A stretch of DNA of 64,000 bases, taken from NCBI RefSeq assembly GCF_006345805.1, contig NC_043014.1, forward strand, positions 7,068,001-7,132,000, read 5' to 3'. Shown one piece after another: positions 47,423 to 60,396 of this stretch. Source of the stretch: Octopus sinensis. Taxonomy: Eukaryota. The notes under the pieces were generated by a model. That model was not told the origin of the DNA. It ran no database searches and worked only from the letters and a program-made list of their open reading frames with translations. The position numbers and the translations under genes were made by a program. The first letter of the stretch is position 1, and every line of letters starts with the position of its first letter.

Positions 47423-48530
47423 AAGGCGGTGAGCTGGCAGAAATGTTAGCACACCGGGTGAAATTCTTAGCGGTATTTCGTCTATCTTTACGTTCTGAGT
47501 TCAAATTCCGCCGAGGTCGACTATGCCTTTCATCCTTTCGAGGTCGATAAATAAAGTACCAGTTACGCACTGGGATCGATCTAATCAGCTTAATCCGTTT
47601 GTCTGTCCTTGTCTGTCCTTGAGTTCAATTTTCACCGATGTCGACTCTGCCTTTCATCCTTTCGAGGTCGATAAATTAAGTACCAGTTACGCACTGGGGC
47701 CGATATAATCGACTTAATCCATTTGTCTGTCCTTGTTTGTCCTCTCTATGTTTAGCCCCTTGTGAGTAGTAAATAAATAGGCATTTCGTCAGCGGTTACG
47801 TTCTGAGTTCAAATTCTGCCGAGGTCGACTTTGCCTTTCATCCTTTCAGGGTCGATAAATTAAGTACTAGTTGTGTACTGGGGTCGATGTAATCGACTGC
47901 TCACCCCCACCCCACCCCCCAAAATTTCGAACCTTGTGCCTAGAGTAGAAAAGAGCTGGCAGAAACGTTAGCATGCCGGGCGAAATGCTTAGCGGTATTT
48001 CGTCTGCCGCTACGTTCTGAGTTCAATTTCCACCGAGGTCGACTTTGCCTTTCATCCTTTCGGGGTCGATAAATTAAGTACCAGTTACGCACTGGGGTCG
48101 ATATAATCGACTTAATCCGTTTATCTGTCCTTGTTTGTCCTCTCTGTGTTTAGCCCCTTGTGGGTAGTAAAGAAATAGGTATTTCGTCTATCTTTACGTT
48201 CTGAGTTCAATTTCCACCGAGGTCGACTTTGCCTTTCATCCTTTCAGGGTCGATAAATTAAGTACCAGTTACGCGCTGGGGTCGATATAATCGACTTAAT
48301 CCGTTTGTCTGTCCTTGTTTGTCCTCTCTGTGTTTAGCCCCTTGTGGGTAGTATATAAATAGGCATTTCGTCTGCGGTTACGTTCTGAGTTCAAATTCCG
48401 CCGAGGTCGACTTTGCCTTTCATCCTTTCACGGTCGATAAATTAAGTACCAGCTGTGTACTGGGGTAGATTTAATTGACTGGCCCCCTCCCCAAAAATGT
48501 CAGGCCTTGTACCTACAGTAGAAAAGAAAT
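47423..48530 (+). mobile_element. Tandem array of SINE family A units
   Basis: About six units; junctions AAATAG|GYATTTCGTC. Confidence 0.9.
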
Positions 48531-49194
48531 TAAATTATGGTGTAATTTGAGGAAGACTTTGCTGCTTCTTCTATCAGATCAAGTAGATACAACTCAATGG
48601 TCTCCCGAGCGTTTTGTCATGCAGTATATATGCAAAACGATTATTGAGTCTTATATCGTAGCACCATTGCGCGGCGGTGTGGGGCTTTCAGTTAGTCTTA
48701 CACGCTGCGAGTAATTAGGATCTTTGTGGGTTGTTTTTGAAACAGGACTGCAGTGAAACCGTACCAAGGTAACATGAGACGATATGAGTTGAGCTGATAT
48801 GCAGGCGCCGCAACTGATATACTTAGTTATTTCGTTAAATTCTTTCTGTTTTGGCTCACATATATATCCATACACGCGCGCACGTGCATACATATATACA
48901 TATGAATTTCTATATGTGTGTGTTTATAAATTCGTATATGCAAAATTAGGGAACGAACATAAAATTTAAAGATATTTTTTCATTTTTCCGAATGGGATTT
49001 TTACTGTATAAACTTTAAAGCGTGTTCATTCTTTACAATAAATTTTGCAGGAATTATATAGAAGAAAAAAAATGTTTATTTGAAAAATACAAGATGGATA
49101 AAATTAAAGAGCATACAACAAAAAATGCAAGAAATCGAATTTTTACTAGAAATTTTTAGAATCCACACCAATATATTAATGAGATGCATACTCC

Positions 49195-49416
49195 TTTTAC
49201 TCTTTACTCTTTACTCTTTTACTTGTTTCAGTCATTTGACTGCGGCCATGCTGGAGCACCGCCTTTTTAATCGAGCAACTCGACCCCGGGACTTATTCTT
49301 TGTAAGCCCAGTACTTATTCTATCGGTCTGTTTTGCCGAACCGCTAAGTGACGGGGACGTAAACACACCAGCATCGGTTGTCAAGCACTGCTAGGGGGAC
49401 AAACACAGACACACAA

Positions 49417-49456
<40 letters not shown>

Positions 49457-49630
49457 TTATATATACGACAGGCTTCTTTCAGTTTCCGTTTACCAAATCC
49501 ACTCACAAGGCAATGGTCGGCCCGGGGCTATAGCAGAAGACACTTGCCCAAGGTGCCACGCAGTGGGACTGAACCCGGAACCATGTGGCTGGTTAGCAAG
49601 CTACTTACCACACAGCCACTCCTGTGCCTA
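49195..49630 (-). mobile_element. SINE family B
   Basis: Reverse complement, (CTCTTTTA)n tail. Confidence 0.9.
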
Positions 49631-49639
49631 TACATTCTT

Positions 49640-50400
49640 TTATTTTCAATGGCTTCAGCATATTTCCTTCCACGGGATTTGACCAATTTCACACATTGTT
49701 CTGATGTAATTTTATTCGATTTTCCTGAAACTTTTCCCACAAAATCATAACATTGGCAGCTCAAAGCTCTTTTATCATATCACCAAGTATCTTTCTTAAG
49801 TTTCCAATGGGATTAAGGTCAGGGCTCTCACCTGACCAATGCTTCACAGTAATATTTTCAGCTTCAAATTCCTCCTTAATTATTTTAGCACTTTGACATG
49901 GCGCATCACCCTGCATAAATATTGGCTAACGAGTTGGAGATGACCTCATAGCAGTAGAATGATGGCCGCATTGACATTAGCGTGGATGCGGATCAAAGTC
50001 CGAAAACCTGTTACAGAAATCATTCCCCTCATCATTAAACACCCACCTCCAAACTTCACTGGTTTCTTCAAGCATTTAGGGTGCAATCTTTAACTTTTAT
50101 TTTATGATGGCTTACATATTTTGAGGAGGATTTTGCTGAAGAACACACGCGACCAGTTGTCGTCCGTCCAAAGTACGTGCTCGTTGGCAAAGACTAACCT
50201 GACTTTTCGGTTTTTTCATTAGAGGTTTAATGGTAGGGGAATAGGTATGAGATCCATCTTACTTCAAACGATTAGCCACGGTCTTTAATTATTCATTCCA
50301 TAATCACAATTTACTTGGCAAGAAATTCCTGCAGCAGCACTGAAACGATCTCTTAACCTCTGAATCACACGGTCTTGCCAAGTACTTGTTTTTTCGTGGT
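49640..50400 (-). pseudogene. Tc1-like transposase remnant
   Basis: VKFGGGCLMMRGMIS (cf. VKHGGGSVMVWGC), FMQGDAPCQSAK, HWSGESPDLNPIGNL, CVKLVKS..RKYAEAIENK. Confidence 0.75.
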
Positions 50401-50423
50401 TTCCCTCGTTTTTCTGATTTAAT

Positions 50424-51020
50424 TCTTTACTACTCACAAGGGGCTAAACACAGAGGGGACAAGCAAGGACAGACAAACAGATTAAGTCGATTATATCGAC
50501 CCCAGTGCGTAAATGGTACTTAATTTATCGACCCCAAAAGGATAAAAGGCAAAGTCGACCTCGGCGGAATTTGAACTCAGAACGTAACGGCAGACGAAAT
50601 ACCTATTTCTTCATTACCCACAAGGGGCTAAACACAGAGGGGACAAGCAAGGACAGACAAACGGATTAAGTCGATTATATTGACCCCAGTGCGTAACTGG
50701 TACTTAATTTATCGACTCCAAAAGGATGAAAGGCAAAGTCGACCTCGGCGGAATTTGAACTCAGAACGTAACGGCAGACGAAATACCTATTTCTTTACTA
50801 CCCACGAGAGGCTAAGCACAGAGAGGACAAACAAGGACAGACAAACGGATTAAGTCGATTATATCGACTCCAGTGCGTAACTGGTACTTATTTAATCGAC
50901 CCCGAAAGGATGAAAGGCAAAGTCGACCTCGGCGGAATTTGAACTCAGAACGTAACGGCAGACGAAATACGGCTACGCATTTTGCCGGCGTGCTAACGTT
51001 TCTACCAGCTCGCCGCCTTG
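50424..51020 (-). mobile_element. Tandem array of SINE family A (1 headed + 2 headless)
   Basis: Junctions read GACGAAATAC|CTATTTCTT on + strand. Confidence 0.9.
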
Positions 51021-52495
51021 CGAAGGTCATATCGGAGGTCGACATGGCCATGGTGGTGGACTCCTTTAAAAAAGAACTTGTTCAGAATCGAGTTTTAGGA
51101 CCCCTACCGGGATCCGGAGCAACCTATGGGCAGCTCACAGCCTGGTCGGGGGCGAAGAAGAATAGGCTTTGTGCCGAAGTGTGTAAATTTTATATTAATA
51201 TTGTTGTCATTTTTGTAAGCTGTTTATTGCCTTATGTAGTGATTTATTGAAGGGCAATGTTATAGAGAAGCAGAGGGGCGGCGGGCGCTTTCTGTCTTCT
51301 CCCATCCTTATCATCCTGTATAATTATCATTCGCATCATCAATGTCTTGTCCAGCCCGCAAAGCTACCCATCTTTGTACTGCCTCTATGGCAAATTTGAT
51401 AAAAAATAAAGTAGGCGGTACCGACCCCTGGAGGCGATGAAAAGATCCAAAGGGCGTTGAAGATAAATTATGTGATAAAGGGGTAACCAAAACAGGGCAA
51501 TGGATGCAACAAAAAAAACCCAACAAAATAAAAGGTTAATTAGGTTAAGTTTTATTTGTGAAATACTGTTGTTTTGAATTTGCTGCAGAAAATGGTTCAT
51601 GTCTGTGGGATGAGTGGAGGTGGGCACTAGGAATGTGGCCTTAGAACCAAGGGTACAGCATCCTAAAAAAGTCTGGGGACCACTGACCTAAACCATATAC
51701 TTTATAATACACGCACATTTGAGGAACATTATTATTTCATTCTTCATGACATGTCACCGGACTGAAGTTTTCTACGTATTCTCTGACGTTCCGTCCGTGA
51801 CGACTACATCGAGGGTTCCAGTTGATCCGATCAACGGAACTGCCTGCTTGTGAAATTAACGTGTAAGCGGCTGAGTATTCCGCAGATAATGGTAGCCTTA
51901 AAGTAGTCCTCATTGAGATTCAACGTAACACAGAATGTGACAAAGCCGGTCCTTTCAGTTACAAATACAACTCATTTTTTTTTCCAGCTGAGTGAACTGG
52001 AGCAATATTAAAGAATCTTGCGCCGCCTGACATCGAATTCACGATCGTAAGATCGTGAGCCGAATGCCCAAAACACTAAGCCACTTGCCTTCACTTGTGT
52101 ATTTTCTATTAAAGAAATACGCGAGGGCACACTCACCGATAGTTTTTATTCCCCCCATTTAGAATCCGTACAAAATTTTCTACTGTCTATGATTGCATTC
52201 AAATTAGATGCAAAACCGGCAGATTTGAGAGGAAGAGGTTAGTCAATAATATCGACTGCGCTTTTCCACTAGTACTCTATTTTATCGACCCCGATAGGAC
52301 GAAAAGCACAGATGGCTTTCTCTGGTTTTCGAAATAAAGAACCTGAACAAATAGTAGAGGGCATTTATTCCAATGCCCTGACGATTCTGCCAAACTACTA
52401 TCCTCAATATTGGTTTCAAATTTTGGCACAACGCCAGCAATTTCGGGAGAGGAGTTAGCCGATTACATCGATCCCAGTGCTCAACTGGTACTTAA

Positions 52496-52735
52496 AGGCG
52501 GCGAGCTGGCAGAAACGTTAGCACGCCGGGCGAAATGCGTAGCCGTATTTCGTCTGTCGTTACGTTCTGAGTTCAAATTCCGCCGATGTCGACTTTGCCT
52601 TTCATCCTTTCGGGGTCGATAAATTAAGTACCAGTTACGCACTGGGGTCGATGTAATCGACTTAATACCTATGTCTGTCCTTGTTTGTCCCCTCTGTCTT
52701 TAGCCCCTTGTGGGTAATAAAGAAATAGGTACTTA
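52496..52735 (+). mobile_element. SINE family A
   Basis: Full-length match. Confidence 0.9.
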
Positions 52736-53279
52736 TGTTATCGAGACCGAAAGGTTAAAAGGAAAAGTTAACCTCGGGAGCATTTGAACTCAGAACGAAC
52801 GAAATGCCGCTAAACATTTTTTTCCCGGCATGCAAATGATTCGACCAGCTCGCTGCCTTCACCAGCCGCCATATTATATTACAATTTAAGATATTTGCAA
52901 ACGTTAACAAAATTTGAAACAGTAAAATCAAAACAAAACAAAAAAAATCTAGTTTATATATTTAGTTCGCAAGTCTGAAAGCTAACATATTTCTATTTTA
53001 AAACTGATAATTGGACGATGTTGGAAAAGGATGTAAAATTTGGCACACTTAAAAAGTGGGGTGTAATTGGATATTCTAAGTGAACTAACTATATGGTAAT
53101 AATGAATTTCATATGCTAAAACACATTCGAGACTGTGTGAAATGACTCGAAACCTTGATGGGACATGGCAAACAGGGTTGTTTCGCTTCAACAAAAGCTA
53201 TTTTGTCACGCATGTATGTCAGTTTGAATGCTCGCCTTGTGCGTATTATATTGATTTCTAACATATATATATATATAGT

Positions 53280-53598
53280 CGCAGACGTAACTGTGTGGTT
53301 CTGGGTTCAGTCCCACTGCATGGCACTTTCGGCAAGTGTGTTCCACTATAGCTTCGGGCTGACCACAGGTTTATGAGTGGATTTGGTTGACGGAAACTGA
53401 ACGAAGCCCGTCGTATATATATATATATATATAATTCACTCGTTAATTTCATTACAAACAACATGGACCAAATTTCTTCTTAAGAAAAAATATATTTTCA
53501 AATAAATTAAACATTATATCATGAATAGCGATTGCGAAACCGGTCGATACATTAAAATTATATATATATATATATATACATATATATACATATACATA

Positions 53599-53634
<36 letters not shown>

Positions 53635-53790
53635 CATATAATATATATATATACATATTATATATATATATACATATATATTATACATACATATATATAT
53701 ATATATACATACATATACATATATATACATATACAATATATACATATATATATATAATATATATATACATACATACATATATATATATAT

Positions 53791-53842
<52 letters not shown>

Positions 53843-54020
53843 GTGTGTCGCTTGACAACCGGTGTGTTTACGTTCCCGTAAACTAGCGGTTCGGTAAAAT
53901 AGACCGATAGAATAAGTACTAGGCTTACAAAGAATAAGTCCTGGGGTCGATCTGTTCGACTAAAGGCGGTGCTCCAGCAGGGCCGCAGTCAAATGACTGA
54001 AACAAATGAAAGAATAAAAG
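53280..54020 (+). mobile_element. SINE family B interrupted by inserted sequence and (TA)n
   Basis: Head 53280-53415, tail 53845-54010. Confidence 0.75.
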
Positions 54021-54122
54021 AAAACACCATCTAAAACGTCTTATTTCAAATTAAATGAAGCAGGAGCTTATACATAGATACATGCAGATATGTCTTTCTC
54101 GGGCCTTGTTCTGCCTACCAAA

Positions 54123-54564
54123 TCTCTCTATATATAAACGGCAGTTTTTCTGTCTGTATGTCTGTGTGTCTGTCAGGTTGTACCCTCACCCTGACCACGG
54201 CTTTCAACCGATTCTGATGAAACTTGACACACACATAGCCCAATGTCATAATTCAAAACTAACGCAGCGAAAATTTTGAATAGTTCCCCCAGTTCTGAAA
54301 AAAATCGATAAATTCGACATGGGGTCGAGAATCTAAGCTTTTTATATGCAACACATTTTCTGTCTAGGGGACACAACTCGACCTTTTTATCGCCCAAAGG
54401 GACAGCTAGGAACATCGTATACACAGAAGTATTCGAGTGAAGAGAAGACATTGCAACCTACACATGCGCCTTCGTTCCCTAGAAGGAAAGGACTAGATTG
54501 GGATTAGTCGTTGCCTACTAGGGGCTCTTACATACCCGGGCAACGCCGGGTGCTATGCTGCTAG
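54123..54564 (+). mobile_element. Non-autonomous Helitron, second family (H2)
   Basis: A|TCTCTCTATATATAAACGGCAG ... CCCGGGCAACGCCGGGTGCTATGCTGCTAG|T. Confidence 0.8.
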
Positions 54565-54853
54565 TCAGAAATACAATCAATGTGGGTGTCTTGTCAATAC
54601 ATTGTCTAGTTTGAAAACCTACATCAGACGCCATGATGAAGAAAAAGGAGATTGGTTAGTTTATAATCGTCTATTATTAACAGCAAATTGGTCGTCTTCA
54701 CTTACAGCCGTTTCTTTTAATACTCGATAAACATTAAATTTACATTTATGCGACATCAGCAAAACATCATCAGAGGAAAAAAGATGTATCTTTGGATGCT
54801 ATATGTGTGTTTGTGAAATCATTTTAGCAGACTCTGCTAAATTCACCAGCATA

Positions 54854-55255
54854 TCTTTATATATAAAAGTCAAGTTGTGTGTCTGTCTCCAACGATTTAG
54901 ATTCCTAACTACTCCCACATTTTGCGGTGCAGTTTAACCAAAACCGGGTATCTTATAGTCGGGATTCATATCGAGCCCTTCTGGGTATTATCGCGCGTCT
55001 ACGATGAATCTACGATTTAAAAAAAAATTTACCATCATTTTTTTTCCATTTTAATGCATTTTTTTCGCTATTATATAAGGGAAGTAACTCTCTAAAAATG
55101 TCTACGATGAGTCAACGATTTTTTAAAAAAATTACTATCATTTTTTTTTCCATTTTTCAATGCATTTTTTTTGCTATTTTTGGCTATAACTCTCTAAACA
55201 TGCTTATATAGTTATTTCCCTTACAAACCCGAGCAACGCCGGGCGATACTGCTAG
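54854..55255 (+). mobile_element. Non-autonomous Helitron H1 inside an inverted-repeat element
   Basis: TC...CTAG ends; flanked by inverted repeats at ~54672-54707 and ~55277-55314. Confidence 0.85.
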
Positions 55256-55486
55256 TATAACATAAAAGTAAATTTAATGTAAATGAAGATGACCAATTGG
55301 CTGTTAATAATAAACAATTATTAACTTCCCAATCTCCATTTTCCTCTTTTAAATGAATATAAACTATATCTCTTTATATATACCTAGTATGTTGAGAAAA
55401 ATCATTCCCCAAAAATACTAGGTTTTAGATTAATATCCTTTCATGAGGTTAACACCTCTAATTAGATTTAATATATACATACATAT

Positions 55487-55780
55487 GGAGGCGCAATGGC
55501 CTAGTGGTTAGGGCAGTGGACTCGCAGTCGTAGGATCGCGGTTTCGATTCCCAGACTGGGTGTTGTGAGTGTTTATTGAGCGAAAATACCTAAAGCTCCA
55601 CGAGGCTCCAGCAGGGGGTGGTGGCGATCCTTGCTGTACTCTTTCGCTACAACTTTCTCTCACTCTTTCTTCTGTTGGCCTGCTCGCTTAGCCTGCGGGG
55701 TGGCGTCATTTGAAGGCTAAAACAATGCAAAGCGCATTGTGACCAGCGATGTGTAGCAACATCTGATAGCCTGGTCGGAA
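55487..55780 (+). mobile_element. SINE family C (tail type 2)
   Basis: GGAGGCGCAATGGCCTAGTGG...GCATTGTGACCAGCGATGTGTAGCAACATCTG. Confidence 0.85.
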
Positions 55781-56839
55781 AAAAATATATATATACATAC
55801 ATATATAGATAGTATGTTAGGATACGACCGCACGAGAGGGAGTTTCGGTGACATATTTTCTCTTCTTGTTCAACAGCGTCCGGCCGCATCCCAACATAAC
55901 ATAATATAATATAATATTATATATGCCATAATACATGTTTATAAACAGTGCCAAAGTAAATGAATAAAGGACCCAAAACCGTTCTACTTTTATAAAGAGA
56001 AGATAGATTTTATTCACAGTGTACAAGTGATGTGTTATCATTAGCGTAGTGTTGCGTCTTGGGTGCCTACTTAATATATTTGTGTCTGTGTGTTCGTGTG
56101 TGCGACAAAAGTACAGAAATAAGGTTTATGCAAATACAACAGAGCATAAAAGAAATCTCAACATTTTGAGTTTAAATGAAGTTACTTTAGAGTTATTTTA
56201 CCAGTTCATGTAGTACACGATAATGAGTTCTATACAAGATTTGAGTCTCGGAGCAGAGATTAGTTGAGTCACTTGTTGTGCATATTTTTCTCTTGGTATA
56301 AATATTCTTTCAGATATATATACTGCAACTGTTTTTTCCGTGGTGAGATTTTCACACTAACAGCATGAAGTGAATCTGTATTTATCTTGTGTACAAGTTG
56401 AAATCTTCAAAGATGGAGACGATGTTGGTGATGACGTTATGTCTGTCACTTGGTTTACAATAGCGTCTTCATATTATGTTTTGCTTGGTTGTCGTCTGCC
56501 TTTCGAACTGGAACATGGTTGAGTAAGCTCTGTGTGGTCTCCGACAAAGACCTTAAGAGGTATTAAGCCGAAAGACGTTGAATCGTGATATGATATGATC
56601 AGCCTATTTAAAGAGTTAAGATGGCTCAAATGAAAAGTCCTATCCGAAAGCCGTGGTTGGTCAGTTTACACACTGGAGCGAAATAAGTAGAGAGACAGAC
56701 CGCACTTAGATGCTACCAATCAAAATAGTGAACACAACACGGTTAAACTAACCAAAGATGTTTGTAATCGCAAACGAGATCATTCTTAATATTTTTCTCA
56801 AACAGTGAAGATAGCAATGAAGAAAACAATATTGCTACA

Positions 56840-56908
56840 ATAGATAGATAGATAGATAGATAGATACATACATACATACATACATAGACAGACAGACAGA
56901 CAGACAGG

Positions 56909-56984
<76 letters not shown>

Positions 56985-57210
56985 TAGATAGATAGATAGA
57001 TAGATTAGATAGATAGATAGATAGATATACAGATAGACAAATAGATAGATATATAGATAGATAGATATAGATATAGATATATAGATATATAGATATATAT
57101 ACATATATATATATACATGCTATGTATATATAATACACACACACACACACACACACACACACCACACACACACCACACACACACATATATATATATATAT
57201 ATAATATATA

Positions 57211-57246
<36 letters not shown>

Positions 57247-57300
57247 TGTATGTATGTATATACACATATATGTATATATGCGTATGTATGTATTCATACA
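56840..57300. repeat. (GATA)/(GACA)/(CA)/(TATG) compound microsatellite
   Basis: Direct reading. Confidence 0.95.
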
Positions 57301-57599
57301 TATTACAAAGTGACATTTTTTCCAAAGTCATAATCCCTTGTGTTTAAACATATATATTTTTTTTTTCTGAATAAGATTTGTAAACAAATGCAAAACTGAG
57401 AAGTTAATGACTTGTTACGTATTATTAAATGGGGAAAAGGAAAAGGCAACGACATTTATGAGAAGTTATTTATTATTTGTTATGCATTTATTTATTATTA
57501 TTTTTTCTTTTCTTGTAGAATCGTAATCTCTGCCACATGCTTATCTTAAACATATCCTTCAATTCTAAAACAGACGTTTTTTAAAAGAAAAACTGTGAA

Positions 57600-58030
57600 C
57601 AGGCGCAGGAGTGGCTGTGTGGTAAGTAGCTTGTTTACCAACCACATGGTTCCGGGTTCGGTCTCACTGCGTGGCATCTTGGACAAGTGTCTTCTGCTAT
57701 AGCCCCGGGCCGATCAATGCCTTGTGAGTGGATTTGGTAGACGGAAACTGAAAAGAAGCCTGTCGTATATATGTATATATATATATATATGTGAGTGTGT
57801 ATGTGTTTGTGTGTCTGTGTTTGTCCCCCTAGAATTGCTTGACAACCGATGCTGGTGTGTTTACGTCCCCGTCACTTAGCGGTTCGGCAAAAGAGACCGA
57901 TAGAATAAGTACTGGGCTTACAAAAAGAATAAGTCCCGGGGTCGATTTGCTCGATTAAAAAGGCGGTGCTCCAGCATGGCCGCAGTCAAATGACTGAAAC
58001 AAGTAAAAGAGTAAAAGAGTAAAAGAGAGT
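57600..58030 (+). mobile_element. SINE family B
   Basis: Full-length, (TAAAAGAG)n tail. Confidence 0.9.
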
Positions 58031-58419
58031 CCGATTACTTTATTGCACATGCGCTAAAAGTACATGTAAAAGAAATTTCAGTACAACTTCATGTTTCTGA
58101 CTGTGACCATCAAATTTTTTAACCCCTAATACTACCCTAAACTTAAATTTTCATTCATAAGCCTAACTTGTAAGCATTGACCTATATCGCTAAACCCTAA
58201 TAGTGACCGAAAATCTAAACCCTTAGTCAACTCTGTACCCTAGTGTGTAACATCTTAACACTAAACTCTAACCATACATATATATATGTACGTGTGTGTA
58301 TGTAAGTATATGTGTGTATTTGTAAGTATATATACGCTCGTGTATCTCTCTCTTTTTATATATATATTTATTTATACATATATATACATACACATATATA
58401 CATACATACATACATACAT

Positions 58420-59171
58420 ATATACTTTGATACTTTGATAGGTTTCGGCCATTATTGGCCCAGGCCATGTCTAACTTAATAGCACCACCTGGTGAAGTCT
58501 TTCAAGTCAGAATTTGGGCACTATGGCCCACTCAAGTAGAGAGTTATTGTTTACAGAGACATATCCGGGTGTAGGGGGTTTATCCGGGATTTCTTGAAGG
58601 AATCTGTCCAAAGACTTCTTGAACCCTATAGGGTCAGTTTCTGTTTTAATGTGTTTTGGTGTAATGTTAAAGAGAGCGGGGCGAATTGAGGTGAAATAAT
58701 TGTGCCGTGTTGTTGTTATGAGATGAGAGTGCGATTTTTGTTTTGGGCGGATGGCACGGGGCCCAAGCCTTGGATGTACCTTAAAGGTGATGCCAACATT
58801 ATTTGGGCAATGCTGATGGAATATTTTCCACATCATGCAGATGATGTAGCGCTCACGACGACGTTGGAGAGAATAAAGTTTTAGCTTTTCTAGTCGACCC
58901 CAATAGTCGAGGCCTGTCATGCCATCTATCTTTTTTGTGATTGCCCTTTGAGGTGCTTCAACTTTTATGATACCTTGTATTGTGTGGGGAGACCACAGTG
59001 GACAACAGTATTCAAGGTGGGGTCGGGCAAAAGTGGAGAAGAGAAGGATAATGGTGTGGATATCTCTCGACTGGAAAGTTCTGAGAATCCAGGAACACAT
59101 TCTGCGGGCCATGTCAGCTTTGGTGTTTATATGAGTGGCCCAGCTTATGGTGTTGTCCACAATTACTCCCA
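58420..59171 (-). mobile_element. 5'-truncated copy of LINE-a
   Basis: Near-identical by eye to 31925-32670; open reading to ...LLEWAIVPKF*; (TATCAAAG)n tail; microsatellite on both sides. Confidence 0.95.
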
Positions 59172-59188
59172 AATATATATACATATAT

Positions 59189-59219
<31 letters not shown>

Positions 59220-59482
59220 CATACATACATACATACATATATATATATACATATATACATATATATATACATATATACATATATATATAATATATACATA
59301 TATATACATAATATTACATATATACATATATATATATATATACATATATATATACATATGGTGTTGTCCACAATTACTCCAAATATATATAACATATATA
59401 ATACATACATACATAATATATATATACATACATACATACATACATCATATATATATATATACATATATACATATATATATAC

Positions 59483-59526
<44 letters not shown>

Positions 59527-59602
59527 ATATATATAATATATATATATATATATAATATATATATATTATATATATATTATATATTATAATATATATATAT
59601 AT

Positions 59603-60396
59603 AATGTAGGATGAAATTTTTTTAGAAAAAAATTTTTTGGGAAAAGAATTTTATCAATGGCCAGTATATTAAAAAAATCCTTTAAAGGTTAAGGTTAAAT
59701 TTATAAACAATTCATAGATGAGTCAAAGGAAAAAAATTTTAATGCCAAATATGCCGAAAAATTGGACATATTGTCCATTAACCATATAATTTTTTCACAA
59801 TACGCACGCTACTCGAAAAAAAGCCGACAGCAATTTCTAAAAAATACCATTATTACCATATCGGACCGATTTCAGAGTTAGCTTTGCCCTCATCTCTGAA
59901 TTGTTTATAAATTTAACCTTTAAAGGTATTTTTTTAATATACTGGCCATTGATAAAACTTTTTGGGAAAAAATTTTTTTCGAAAAAAATATTTCATCCTA
60001 CATTAGATATAAATTTAAGCGTTCACTTCCGGACTCTTTCACTCTGTGAGAGCCTCAGTTCAAATCGCACGTGTCTTGAATGGGCTGGAGTATTTCTATT
60101 TTGGATGTATTTGAGGTACTTAGTTGTGCTCATGACTTAGTGTTTCGCTTCTTCCATGGGTATGAGTAAGTATCTCATTTATTTCTTTTGCCACATGTAT
60201 CACTGACGAAGAGAGGGTTCTTATGAGCTAACTCTGAAATCGGTCCGATATGGTAATAATGGTATTTTTTAGAAATTGCTGTCGGCCTTTTCTCGAGTAG
60301 CATGCGTATTGTGAAAAAATTATATGGTTAATGGACAATATGTCCAATTTTTCGGCATATTTGGCATTAGAATTTTTTCCCTTGCCCTCATCTATG

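Noticed and set aside
48746-48768. 23-nt micro-exon candidate (TTTTGAAACAG|...CAAG|GTAACA)
   Set aside because: Splice-like signals of this quality occur by chance; no linked exons identifiable.
51020-51690. Possible L1 3' end and hAT-MITE remnants
   Set aside because: Similarity (e.g. AAAGTCTGGGGACCACTG terminus) is too fragmentary to delimit an element without a database search.
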